Positions 35,736 through 43,064 of a DNA stretch of 64,000 nt are shown piece after piece. Source of the stretch: Candidatus Curtissbacteria bacterium. GTDB lineage: Bacteria > Patescibacteriota > Microgenomatia > Curtissbacterales > GWA2-41-24. Positions within the stretch are counted from its first letter, which is position 1; every line of letters starts with the position of its first letter. The stretch covers positions 36,782 through 100,781 of the forward strand of contig JACPEV010000011.1 of the NCBI GenBank assembly GCA_016183325.1, read 5' to 3'. The notes beneath the pieces are model-generated. The model saw only the letters and a program-made list of their open reading frames with translations, was not told the DNA's origin and did no database searches. The position numbers and the translations under genes are program-made.

Positions 35736-36800
35736 CTAAATTTTGAACGAAGTAACGTAATTAAAAAGATTTCTAGGGAAATCAAAAAATTTTGATAATT
35801 CGGGAAAACGATAGCTGGCAGTCTGAGGCTGACTGTTATAAATATCAGCCAGTCTCCCGTTGATAGCATTTTGGCGAATTTTTACCGAAGCGAGTTTTGC
35901 AAAATTCTCTTTTTGGGAGATGAATTTTAATCTTTCTGCCAGTAACTTTTCGGCAATTTGTTCATTTTCTCTTTTAGCACCGGTTAAAACCTGGTAGGCT
36001 ATTTCCAGTTGGGTAGCGCCATCTTTTTCCAACTTGTCATCTTCGGAAAGAACTTCTGTAATTTTGGTGGCAGTTTTAATCAGAAGTTCAAGATAAGCCA
36101 GTTGGGTGTCATGATACTGCTGAAACTCTTGAGGAGGTTCAAGATGCGCTAAGTTTGCTAAAGTCTGATTGGCCTCTCCTTTAATCTTTTGGTAATAATC
36201 TATGATATCTTGGCCTTTTGCCAGTTGCCACAATGTTTCGTTGGTTAAAACAGGTAGATAGAAGTTAGGGCCAAGAGCAAGAAGCAGGTCTCTGGTAAAT
36301 TTTTGCTCCTTTTCAAGAGCCGCAAAAGTTTGCGCAGTTTGATCGTAGTATTGCTTGAGCTGGTCATGAATGTTTTGGAATTTTCCGGGAGGAGAAAGTT
36401 CTTCCAGTTGTTCCTTTTGGAAAAGGAGGGATTTTTGCACAGACTGGATATTGGCAATGGTTTTATTAAGATCATCGAGGGGAACAAAGAATCCAGATGA
36501 GGCGCTTGACGCTTCTTTGAGCTCGTCAATAATTTTGACTTTTGTTCCCAGGACTTTGAATGTATTTAAGGTTTCTTCGATTGATTGATTAGTACCTATA
36601 AAGCCACTTGAAGCGATTTCCAGGTATTGATTTTGATATCTTACTGGCTGTAGCTTTTGATACTGCCAATATAAAAATGCACTAGATGATCCTAAAAGCA
36701 CGAAAGTTAACCCAACCATGAAAAGCAAAATTTTTTGCAAAGTGGAAACCCTTGGCTTTTCTAAAAATTGGACGTAGTTCTTATATGACTGGATAAGCAT
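35736..36800 (-). CDS. Hypothetical membrane-anchored coiled-coil protein
   Basis: 354 aa, one N-terminal TM helix and long helical segments. Confidence 0.45.
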   Translation of the reverse strand: MLIQSYKNYVQFLEKPRVSTLQKILLFMVGLTFVLLGSSSAFLYWQYQKLQPVRYQNQYLEIASSGFIGTNQSIEETLNTFKVLGTKVKIIDELKEASSASSGFFVPLDDLNKTIANIQSVQKSLLFQKEQLEELSPPGKFQNIHDQLKQYYDQTAQTFAALEKEQKFTRDLLLALGPNFYLPVLTNETLWQLAKGQDIIDYYQKIKGEANQTLANLAHLEPPQEFQQYHDTQLAYLELLIKTATKITEVLSEDDKLEKDGATQLEIAYQVLTGAKRENEQIAEKLLAERLKFISQKENFAKLASVKIRQNAINGRLADIYNSQPQTASYRFPELSKFFDFPRNLFNYVTSFKI

Positions 36801-36832
36801 AAATTCGATTTATTTTTATTGTATGCTACTTT

Positions 36833-37504
36833 TTATTCTTTGACTACCTGAGTATGCTGCGGCCAGGTAAAATACTTTGCGAAGATAAAACCGGTAGCGA
36901 AACCACCTGCATGTGCTACGTAGGCAACACCGCCTACTGAGGCTGAAGCAACAAGAATGGTAGCAACACCACTGAAGGCTTGAGTAATGAACCAATAGAC
37001 AAGCATGAAGGATGCTGGGATAGCAACAACAGCCGGAAAACCAAAAACCGGGATTAGGGTATCGATACTGTGCCTGGGGAAAAATTTAAGATAAGCTCCT
37101 AGAACTGCGGCAATGGCGCCTGATGCTCCAACCATTGGCAAAGTAGAACCTGATATAAACAGGTATTGTACAAAGCTTGCAGAAACTCCGCAGAAAATAT
37201 AAAAGAATAAGTATTTAACGTGTCCTACGGCTGCTTCGACGTTGTCTCCAAAAATCCATAAGAACCACATATTACTAAGAATATGCAAAAACCCCGCGTG
37301 CAAGAACATTGAAGTAACAAAAGGTCGGAGTGTTTCGAAGTTTAAAAAATTTATATTTTGGGGAATAAGAGCGTAGGTTGCTATAAATAGATCAATATCA
37401 GGAGTTATGAGCTGATAGTAAAAAACGTAGAGGTTGGCAACTATCAATGCTAAGTTGATAATGGGGAATTTACCCGAGCTGTGACTATCGCGAATCGGAA
37501 ACAC
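36833..37504 (-). CDS. Rhomboid-family intramembrane serine protease
   Basis: GASGAIAAVLGAY (GxSG) and the H-containing TM helix HAGFLHILSNMWFLWIFG. Confidence 0.8.
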   Translation of the reverse strand: MFPIRDSHSSGKFPIINLALIVANLYVFYYQLITPDIDLFIATYALIPQNINFLNFETLRPFVTSMFLHAGFLHILSNMWFLWIFGDNVEAAVGHVKYLFFYIFCGVSASFVQYLFISGSTLPMVGASGAIAAVLGAYLKFFPRHSIDTLIPVFGFPAVVAIPASFMLVYWFITQAFSGVATILVASASVGGVAYVAHAGGFATGFIFAKYFTWPQHTQVVKE

Positions 37505-37954
37505 TAGATATGTATTTTAAGTTAATGATCGTAAAATTAGCAATTAGACATCTTGATTTTCGGGTTTTCTTTGGATAGAATAACTATATTAAAAATCAAA
37601 ACTCAAAAATCAAAATTACATTCAAGAAATTTGTACTTGATCCCCATAATTTTGATATTTGATATTTAATATTTGGTATGGCTTCTGACACATTTATCAA
37701 CGAACAAGTATCCGTCTGGGCTTTTTTTGACCCTTCGGCGGCGTCATCTCATATTTTCCCAATTGCCATGAATTGGCGAAGACGACTTGTCAAATTCCAA
37801 AAATTAATCCTTTCGACAACTAAAAGAGTTGGCGATGCAAAAATACTGAACTTAATTTGTGCTTCCGATACTGCCTGCTTTGAGCTTGAATATAACTCTG
37901 ACAGCCACTTGTGGAGACTAGTGAAAGTAATGAGTCAGGAGTAACGAAGAAAAT

Positions 37955-38092
37955 TGATGATAGACGGTAGAAAATAGATGGTAGATATAGATAATAGAAA
38001 ATAGATGGTAGAAGGTTGATATTCTATCTTCAAACTTCTATCATCAAAATCCATTATCTAGCTTCAACCGTCTACCATCAAACGTCAGATCT
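37955..38092. promoter_or_regulatory. Palindromically arranged GGTAGA/GATAGA iteron array upstream of dinB (direct half ~37958-38015, inverted half ~38023-38090)
   Basis: GATGATAGAC GGTAGAA AATAGAT GGTAGAT ... ATAGATGGTAGAAGG / ...TCTATCTTC...TTCTATCATC...CCGTCTACCATC. Shares the AGATGGTAGAAGGT core with 34028-34077. Confidence 0.55.
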
Positions 38093-38096
38093 TAAT

Positions 38097-39518
38097 ATGA
38101 ATCGCGTAATTCTCCATGTTGATTTAAATAGTTTTTTTGCGACCGCTGAGCAGCAGGCAAATCCGGTTTTGCGCGGTAAACCGGTAGGTATTACCAAAGC
38201 GGTTGGGCGTACTTGCATCATCGCGGCTTCAGTTGAGGCTAAACGTTGGGGAGTAACTACCGGTAGTAACGTTTATGATGCCAGAAAACTATGTCCACAA
38301 ATTATTTTGATACCTGCTGATTTTGATAAGTATGCGGATATTTCCATGCGTTTTATTGAAATTTGCAAAACATATTCGCCGCTTTGCGAAGTATTTTCTT
38401 TGGACGAATGTTTTATTGATGTAACGGAAACTGAAAAATTCTGGCATAACGTTTTTAATATTGCTTTTGAGATTAAAGATAGGCTGAGATCTGAGGTTGG
38501 TGAACGGATGACTGTATCTTGCGGAGTTTCCCACAACAGGCTTCTTGCCAAACTTGCTTCTTCGCAAATTAAACCGGACGGGCTTTTTTGGATAACTCGC
38601 GACAATGCAATTTCAACTTTAGATAAGTCGGATTTAACGGATGTGTGCGGTCTGGGATTTGCTCTAAATCGTCGTTTGCGAGATTTAGGCATTGATAGTT
38701 TTCCTAAGCTAAGATCAAAGTCACTGGTATTTTTGCATAAACATTTTGGGCCGTTCTGGTCAAAGCATCTTTATAATATCGCACGCGGAATTGATGAATC
38801 ACCGGTTGTGCCGACGGACGAAATACCTGATGCCAAAAGCGTTGGCAGAACTTACACAACACATAGGGACTTAACAAATAAAGATGAAGTTTTGCAGTTG
38901 ATGCGAAATCTGTGTGAAGAAACGACTGCTAAAGCTCGCATGATGGGTCTTGCGGGCAGATATGTAGGATTGACGTTAAGAGGATCGAGTCTTGAAACTA
39001 AATCCGAATACCAAAAATCGTTTTTCGAAGAAAACGGGACTCAATCCGAAACAAATTCTAATGTTCAAAATTCTAAATCCAAAACAGTTTCTAATTTAGG
39101 TAATTTGGATTTTGATATTGTTTCGAATTTTGAGATTCGTGCTTCGAATTTATACCGAGGAGAGCTTAGTTTTTATGGGCATCGGACATTAAAAAACTAT
39201 ATAGATGATGGGAAACGACTTTTTGATATATGCTTAGCAATTTGTAAAGAATGGTCTGTTTTTGCCGCAAAACCAAATGTGCGTTTTTGCGGAGTGACTT
39301 TGGGAATGCTTACTGAAGTGCGCTTTTTAACAACTCCCCTATTTTCTGCTGACAGACGGCGTCAAGACTTAGTAAAAACTATTGATCAGATCAACCGGAG
39401 ATTTGGCGATTATACTGTTTACCCTGGACAACTTCTGGGAATGCCGATTATTCGACCTGAGGTTAACGGCTACTTTGGCGACAAAGCCTACAGGCTTAAC
39501 TTTGTACCTCACGGGTAA
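38097..39518 (+). CDS. dinB: Y-family DNA polymerase (DinB/Pol IV-like) with extended C-terminus
   Basis: MNRVILHVDLNSFFATAEQQANP...SLDECFIDVTE catalytic motifs. I chose the ATG at 38097 over the upstream listed start, which lies inside the iteron array. Confidence 0.85.
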   Translation: MNRVILHVDLNSFFATAEQQANPVLRGKPVGITKAVGRTCIIAASVEAKRWGVTTGSNVYDARKLCPQIILIPADFDKYADISMRFIEICKTYSPLCEVFSLDECFIDVTETEKFWHNVFNIAFEIKDRLRSEVGERMTVSCGVSHNRLLAKLASSQIKPDGLFWITRDNAISTLDKSDLTDVCGLGFALNRRLRDLGIDSFPKLRSKSLVFLHKHFGPFWSKHLYNIARGIDESPVVPTDEIPDAKSVGRTYTTHRDLTNKDEVLQLMRNLCEETTAKARMMGLAGRYVGLTLRGSSLETKSEYQKSFFEENGTQSETNSNVQNSKSKTVSNLGNLDFDIVSNFEIRASNLYRGELSFYGHRTLKNYIDDGKRLFDICLAICKEWSVFAAKPNVRFCGVTLGMLTEVRFLTTPLFSADRRRQDLVKTIDQINRRFGDYTVYPGQLLGMPIIRPEVNGYFGDKAYRLNFVPHG

Positions 39519-39559
39519 TACTTCAAAGTAACTGTTCACCGTTACTGTCACAACGCATA

Positions 39560-39800
39560 TTGTTCGAGGCTGAAAGCCGAGAACTAAACTTCTCGCTCAC
39601 GCTCGAAGAGTAATAACGTATCAGCGATTGTGAGCTCTTACGTATCAAATGAGTTATTGACATTGTAAAAATTCTTCGACTGCGCTCAGAGTTTTTTATC
39701 TAATGAAGATCCTTCGATAAACTCAGGATGTTTACCTAATCTTTCGACTATGCTCAAGACGTTCAGTCGGTAAAAATTCTTCGACTGCGCTCAGAATCTT
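39560..39800. repeat. Repeat-filled convergent intergenic spacer, including a 26-bp direct repeat GTAAAAATTCTTCGACTGCGCTCAGA (39665-39690; 39771-39796) and degenerate relatives
   Basis: Motif family CTTCGA(C)...GCTCAGAG / TCGAAGGGCT, also present at 4058-4115, 40820-40860, 42541-42660 and 42945-42975. Confidence 0.55.
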
Positions 39801-39803
39801 CAC

Positions 39804-40760
39804 CTAATCAGTGAAGACCTGCGTGAACATTTTGCCGTAGACTCCCCCGTCGATAGCGCCGATGCCGATTTTTTTAAAGGCAGGGTCAAGAATGTTACGC
39901 TTGTGACCCTCGCTGTTCATTAACCCAATATGAGCGCGCGTGACATCCGGTGCCAAAGCAAGATTCTCACCAGCCATGGTAAAACCAATATTTGCCCCCT
40001 CTAGTCTATCTCCCACGTCTTTGCCTTCGGGAGAGTAGTGCGAAAAATACCCTTTTTCAAACATATCTTTGGAATGATTTCTGCCGACTTGAGCGCGAGC
40101 TTCGTCCCAAACTAGCGGCTGAACTCCGTACTTAATTCTTTCTTGATTAACAAGTTCCAGCATTTTCTGCTCGCCGGCGTAGTCTATGGTCAGTTGCCTT
40201 TGAGTAAACTCAAGAGGAATCGAGCCTTTTTCTTCGGGTTTAACTGTTAAAAAAGTCAGGCTTTGTTTGGCGATGGGCCCAAAAATGCTACTTATGGGTT
40301 TTTCGAGGACAGAAGCACTGCTGACTAATGCGGAGCCAAGTTGAGAGTCGAATATGTCCTTTTTAATGTCGGGCCTTATGGGAAGCGAGGCCACAAAAAG
40401 AAGAATAAAAGCTAAAAATAAAAGCGCGTTGATTGTGGCAGGAATAAATCCGAAATATTTATTGATGGTATTTTTGTTAACTAATTGTAAAAGTCGGCCG
40501 AAAAAACCATTAAAGATCGTAAAAAAGAGACTCTCTATGATGATCCAAACCAATAAAAATCCAATAGGATTTGCAATGATCTTTGGTAAGTTAAAATATT
40601 TCGTGAGTAGTTGTGCTGAAAATGGGTAAAGATTGAGTGAAGCGATAAGAGAAACCAAAAAGCCGATTATTTCGATGACTTGAGCAAAAAAACCACGTCT
40701 TAAGCCTTCTAGGGCAAATGTGATAACAACAAGGATAATTAAAAGATCAACCCAGTTCAT
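39804..40760 (-). CDS. CvpA-family membrane domain fused to a CAP/SCP (PR-1/YkwD-like) domain
   Basis: N-terminus MNWVDLLIILVVITFALEGLRRGFF (CvpA-like). C-terminus ...GRNHSKDMFEKGYFSHYSPEGKDVGDRL...GENLA...HIGLMNSEGHKRNIL (CAP domain). Confidence 0.65.
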   Translation of the reverse strand: MNWVDLLIILVVITFALEGLRRGFFAQVIEIIGFLVSLIASLNLYPFSAQLLTKYFNLPKIIANPIGFLLVWIIIESLFFTIFNGFFGRLLQLVNKNTINKYFGFIPATINALLFLAFILLFVASLPIRPDIKKDIFDSQLGSALVSSASVLEKPISSIFGPIAKQSLTFLTVKPEEKGSIPLEFTQRQLTIDYAGEQKMLELVNQERIKYGVQPLVWDEARAQVGRNHSKDMFEKGYFSHYSPEGKDVGDRLEGANIGFTMAGENLALAPDVTRAHIGLMNSEGHKRNILDPAFKKIGIGAIDGGVYGKMFTQVFTD

Positions 40761-40801
40761 ACATTAAATTATACCCAAAAAAATGAGAGAATTCTGAAGG
40801 G

Positions 40802-40818
40802 TGGCCCTACGGGGAGTC
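40802..40818 (-). repeat. 17-bp copy of the tRNA-Glu 3' end (GACTCCCCGTAGGGCCA), an att-like direct repeat
   Basis: Exact match to 41180-41196 inside the tRNA-Glu gene. The 361 bp between the two copies contain only a GIY-YIG gene. Confidence 0.8.
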
Positions 40819-40885
40819 TACACTTCGCTCGAAATAGTTTTTTCGAGCTTCGAGTAGTTTATATTCCCTTGAACCATATTCTTCC

Positions 40886-41143
40886 CTAAAGTTTCTTTAG
40901 AGATTTAAGAAAATGTTTATACATAAAAGCAACTCCTGATCCTGATTTTAAGTATTTTTCAAAACCCAAAGCGTCAGCTTTCTCAACGAACGAGGAATAG
41001 TGCACAAGTTTGTAATTCAGGTTAGATTTTGTCGACTGAACTTTACCTGATAGATGTCTTTGGATACGTTTTCTTAAATCTGGAGTGTAACCTATGTAAT
41101 ATCGATTTGTAATTTCGTTAAATAAAATGTAAACGTAATACAT
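40886..41143 (-). CDS. Small GIY-YIG nuclease, YhbQ/UPF0213-like (85 aa)
   Basis: YYVYILFNEITNRYYIGYTPDLRKRIQRHLSGK (GIY...YIG, R, H..G) and the downstream E/K-rich helix. Confidence 0.8.
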   Translation of the reverse strand: MYYVYILFNEITNRYYIGYTPDLRKRIQRHLSGKVQSTKSNLNYKLVHYSSFVEKADALGFEKYLKSGSGVAFMYKHFLKSLKKL

Positions 41144-41179
41144 TAGGGGTTTACTATCCGAAACTTTAGTGAAGGATAG

Positions 41180-41251
41180 TGGCCCTACGGGGAGTCGAAC
41201 CCCGCTTTGGACCTTGAAAGAGTCCCGTCCTAACCGATAGACGATAGGGCC
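41180..41251 (-). tRNA. tRNA-Glu (anticodon TTC)
   Basis: Reverse complement folds as GGCCCTA acceptor, anticodon stem GGACT/GGTCC, loop CTTTCAA, T-loop TTCGACT. Confidence 0.85.
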
Positions 41252-41333
41252 TCAATCGAGATAATAGTGAATAGAAAATGGAAAATAGTCTAGTCACCAA
41301 GACCAGGAAAAAAGCCTAGCAATTTTACCACAA

Positions 41334-42011
41334 TTACCCTTGCTTCTTAAACTTCTCGACTACTGTTTCAAGTAAGGACCGTGCCACAGTTTGTCCACCT
41401 AACCCAAATGCTAAGCCTCCCGCAATCGCGAGCATAGCCACAAGTCCTGCAAATAAAATCCGCAATAATTCCTGGGCAACTCCCAGTTGGTGTAGCACTA
41501 AAAAAGCTACGAAAACTGTCAGGGACCAACGAGCCACAAGAGCCACAACGTGGGCGGTATCCCTTCCCAGTGAGTGACTTGCGCTATAAGTAACTCTATA
41601 AGCGAGTTTTGAGAGTACTATGCCAATTACTGCCAAAATTACTGCAACAACAACATTGGGGATATAAAGTAGAACCCGCGCCAGAACTGTATTGACAGAA
41701 TCGAGACGCCACGCCTGGAAAGTAGGAATCAGGAAAATAATTATGATTGTCCAGCGTGTAATTTCTGCCAAAACATCAGTCCATTCAATTTCTCTGCCTT
41801 CTACCTTGACTATTCCGTACTTCTCCAGATACCTTTCTATCTTTAGAGTCTTGAGAATGCCAACTATGACTCTATAGGCAATGGCTCCAGCTGCTAAGCC
41901 TATTGAAAGAACAATCAGTCCCCCCAAAAGGGAAGGAATAAAATTAATAAAAGCAGCCAAAGAGTTAATCACCACAGAAGAAACTGCTGTCGTTAAATCT
42001 TCAACGCTCAT
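41334..42011 (-). CDS. Multi-pass membrane protein with conserved TM-helix repeats (MscS-N-terminal-like), visibly higher GC than its neighbours
   Basis: 225 aa with ≥5 TM segments and repeated L...AG...A motifs. Confidence 0.4.
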   Translation of the reverse strand: MSVEDLTTAVSSVVINSLAAFINFIPSLLGGLIVLSIGLAAGAIAYRVIVGILKTLKIERYLEKYGIVKVEGREIEWTDVLAEITRWTIIIIFLIPTFQAWRLDSVNTVLARVLLYIPNVVVAVILAVIGIVLSKLAYRVTYSASHSLGRDTAHVVALVARWSLTVFVAFLVLHQLGVAQELLRILFAGLVAMLAIAGGLAFGLGGQTVARSLLETVVEKFKKQG

Positions 42012-42065
42012 TTGATATCACCTCCTTTGCCCATAATCTGTATCTAATTTTAGTTTAGGGATAAT

Positions 42066-42092
42066 TGCCCCAAGAGTCAAAATCGTATATAA
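42066..42092 (+). promoter_or_regulatory. Candidate promoter TTGCCC-N17-TATAAT driving the pseudo-tRNA / GIY-YIG / tRNA-Lys cluster
   Basis: -10 at 42087-42092, ~15 nt upstream of the first tRNA-like element. Confidence 0.4.
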
Positions 42093-42106
42093 TTTAGATT
42101 CAAAAC

Positions 42107-42168
42107 GGGGGTATAGCTCAATTTAGTTAGATCCGGCGGTGCCGGACTTTGACGAGTGAACTCTAGTT
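42107..42168 (+). other. tRNA-like pseudo-element 1: a tRNA 5' half (GGGGGTATAGCTCAATTTAGTTAGA) with the D-stem/anticodon-stem replaced by hairpin TCCGGCGGTGCCGGA, followed by an anticodon-loop-like CTTTGAC
   Basis: Cannot fold as a cloverleaf. Shares the hairpin insertion with element 2. Confidence 0.45.
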
Positions 42169-42185
42169 TTTAGTTTTTGACAAAT

Positions 42186-42240
42186 GGCCCGCTAGCTCAA
42201 TGGTAGATCCGGCGAAGCCGGACTTTTAAGCGATTGGTTC
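42186..42240 (+). other. tRNA-like pseudo-element 2: a copy of tRNA-Lys nt 1-23 plus 34-52, with the central 8 nt replaced by hairpin TCCGGCGAAGCCGGA; it abuts the GIY-YIG start codon
   Basis: GGCCCGCTAGCTCAATGGTAGA-[hairpin]-CTTTTAAGCGATTGGTT matches the intact tRNA-Lys at 42489 except for the replaced core. Confidence 0.6.
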
Positions 42241-42498
42241 ATGTATACTGTCTACGTAATTAAAAGTGAATCGACGGGCAAAATATATATTGGTCAAACA
42301 GCAGTTAAAGTAACAAGATTAAAAAGGCACAATAAGGAGCTGCCTTATAATCCAAAAGGATTTACAGCAAAGAATGTAGGGCCGTGGAGAATTGTTTACG
42401 AAGAAACTTTTGAGACAAGAACAGAAGCATTAAAAAAAGAAAAATATTTAAAATCACACGTGGGACGCGATTACATCAGAAAAACATTGGCCCGCTAG
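42241..42498 (+). CDS. Small GIY-YIG nuclease, YhbQ/UPF0213-like (85 aa); its stop codon lies inside the 5' end of tRNA-Lys
   Basis: MYTVYVIKSESTGKIYIGQTAVKVTRLKRHN... The stop TAG comes from GGCCCGC-TAG-CTC of the tRNA. Confidence 0.8.
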   Translation: MYTVYVIKSESTGKIYIGQTAVKVTRLKRHNKELPYNPKGFTAKNVGPWRIVYEETFETRTEALKKEKYLKSHVGRDYIRKTLAR

Positions 42499-42560
42499 CT
42501 CAATGGTAGAGCAATCGCCTTTTAAGCGATTGGTTACAGGTTCGATCCCTGTGCGGGTCA
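42489..42560 (+). tRNA. tRNA-Lys (anticodon TTT)
   Basis: Acceptor GGCCCGC/GCGGGTC, anticodon stem ATCGC/GCGAT, loop CTTTTAA, T-loop TTCGATC. Confidence 0.85.
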
Positions 42561-42572
42561 CTCTTCGACTCG

Positions 42573-42594
42573 CCCTGAGAGTAATCGAAGGGCT
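42573..42594 (+). repeat. 22-bp hairpin-containing direct repeat CCCTGAGAGTAATCGAAGGGCT, upstream flank of the third GIY-YIG gene
   Basis: Counterpart CCCTGAGTTTATCGAAGGGCT at 42947-42967, immediately after the gene. Confidence 0.6.
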
Positions 42595-42661
42595 CGCTCA
42601 GAGTAAACTCGAGTTGAAGAACCCTGAGCGAATTATAATGTTGAGAGAATCGAAACATTAA

Positions 42662-42934
42662 ATGAGTCGAAGGGCTAATGTATCTTGGTACGTATATATA
42701 GCTAAAGCAAAAACTGGCAGATATTACACAGGTATAACCACAAGTCCAGATAAAAGAATTATTAAACATAACTCCGGGAAGGGTTTAAAGTTTGCCATAG
42801 AGCAAGGCCCATTTGAATTGGTCTATGTCTCAGAAGCATTTCCAAATAAGTCAGAAGCAAGAAAACGAGAAATTCAAATTAAAGGCTGGTCGAGAGAAAA
42901 GAAATTAAAACTAATAAGCGGCGAGTGGAAATAA
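42662..42934 (+). CDS. Small GIY-YIG nuclease, YhbQ/UPF0213-like (90 aa)
   Basis: WYVYIAKAKTGRYYTGITTSPDKRIIKHNSGKGLKFA...LVYVSEAFPNKSEARKREIQIKGWSREKK closely follows the YhbQ pattern. Confidence 0.8.
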   Translation: MSRRANVSWYVYIAKAKTGRYYTGITTSPDKRIIKHNSGKGLKFAIEQGPFELVYVSEAFPNKSEARKREIQIKGWSREKKLKLISGEWK

Positions 42935-43064
42935 AATTGAAGTTTACCCTGAGTTTATCGAAGGGCTGAAAGCGTTCCAGTACCCTTTGCCCCAACTATA
43001 TCTTTAACTTCGCTTTTTAACAAATCTATGTGTAAATGGAATTTTAGCCACAAAAGGCATATAA

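Noticed and set aside
37678-37944. 88-aa plus-strand ORF between the rhomboid gene and the dinB iteron array
   Set aside because: No RBS, no domain, and it lies in a repeat-rich AT-rich spacer. Insufficient support to call a gene.
38273-38692. 139-aa and 92-aa minus-strand ORFs
   Set aside because: Antisense within dinB.
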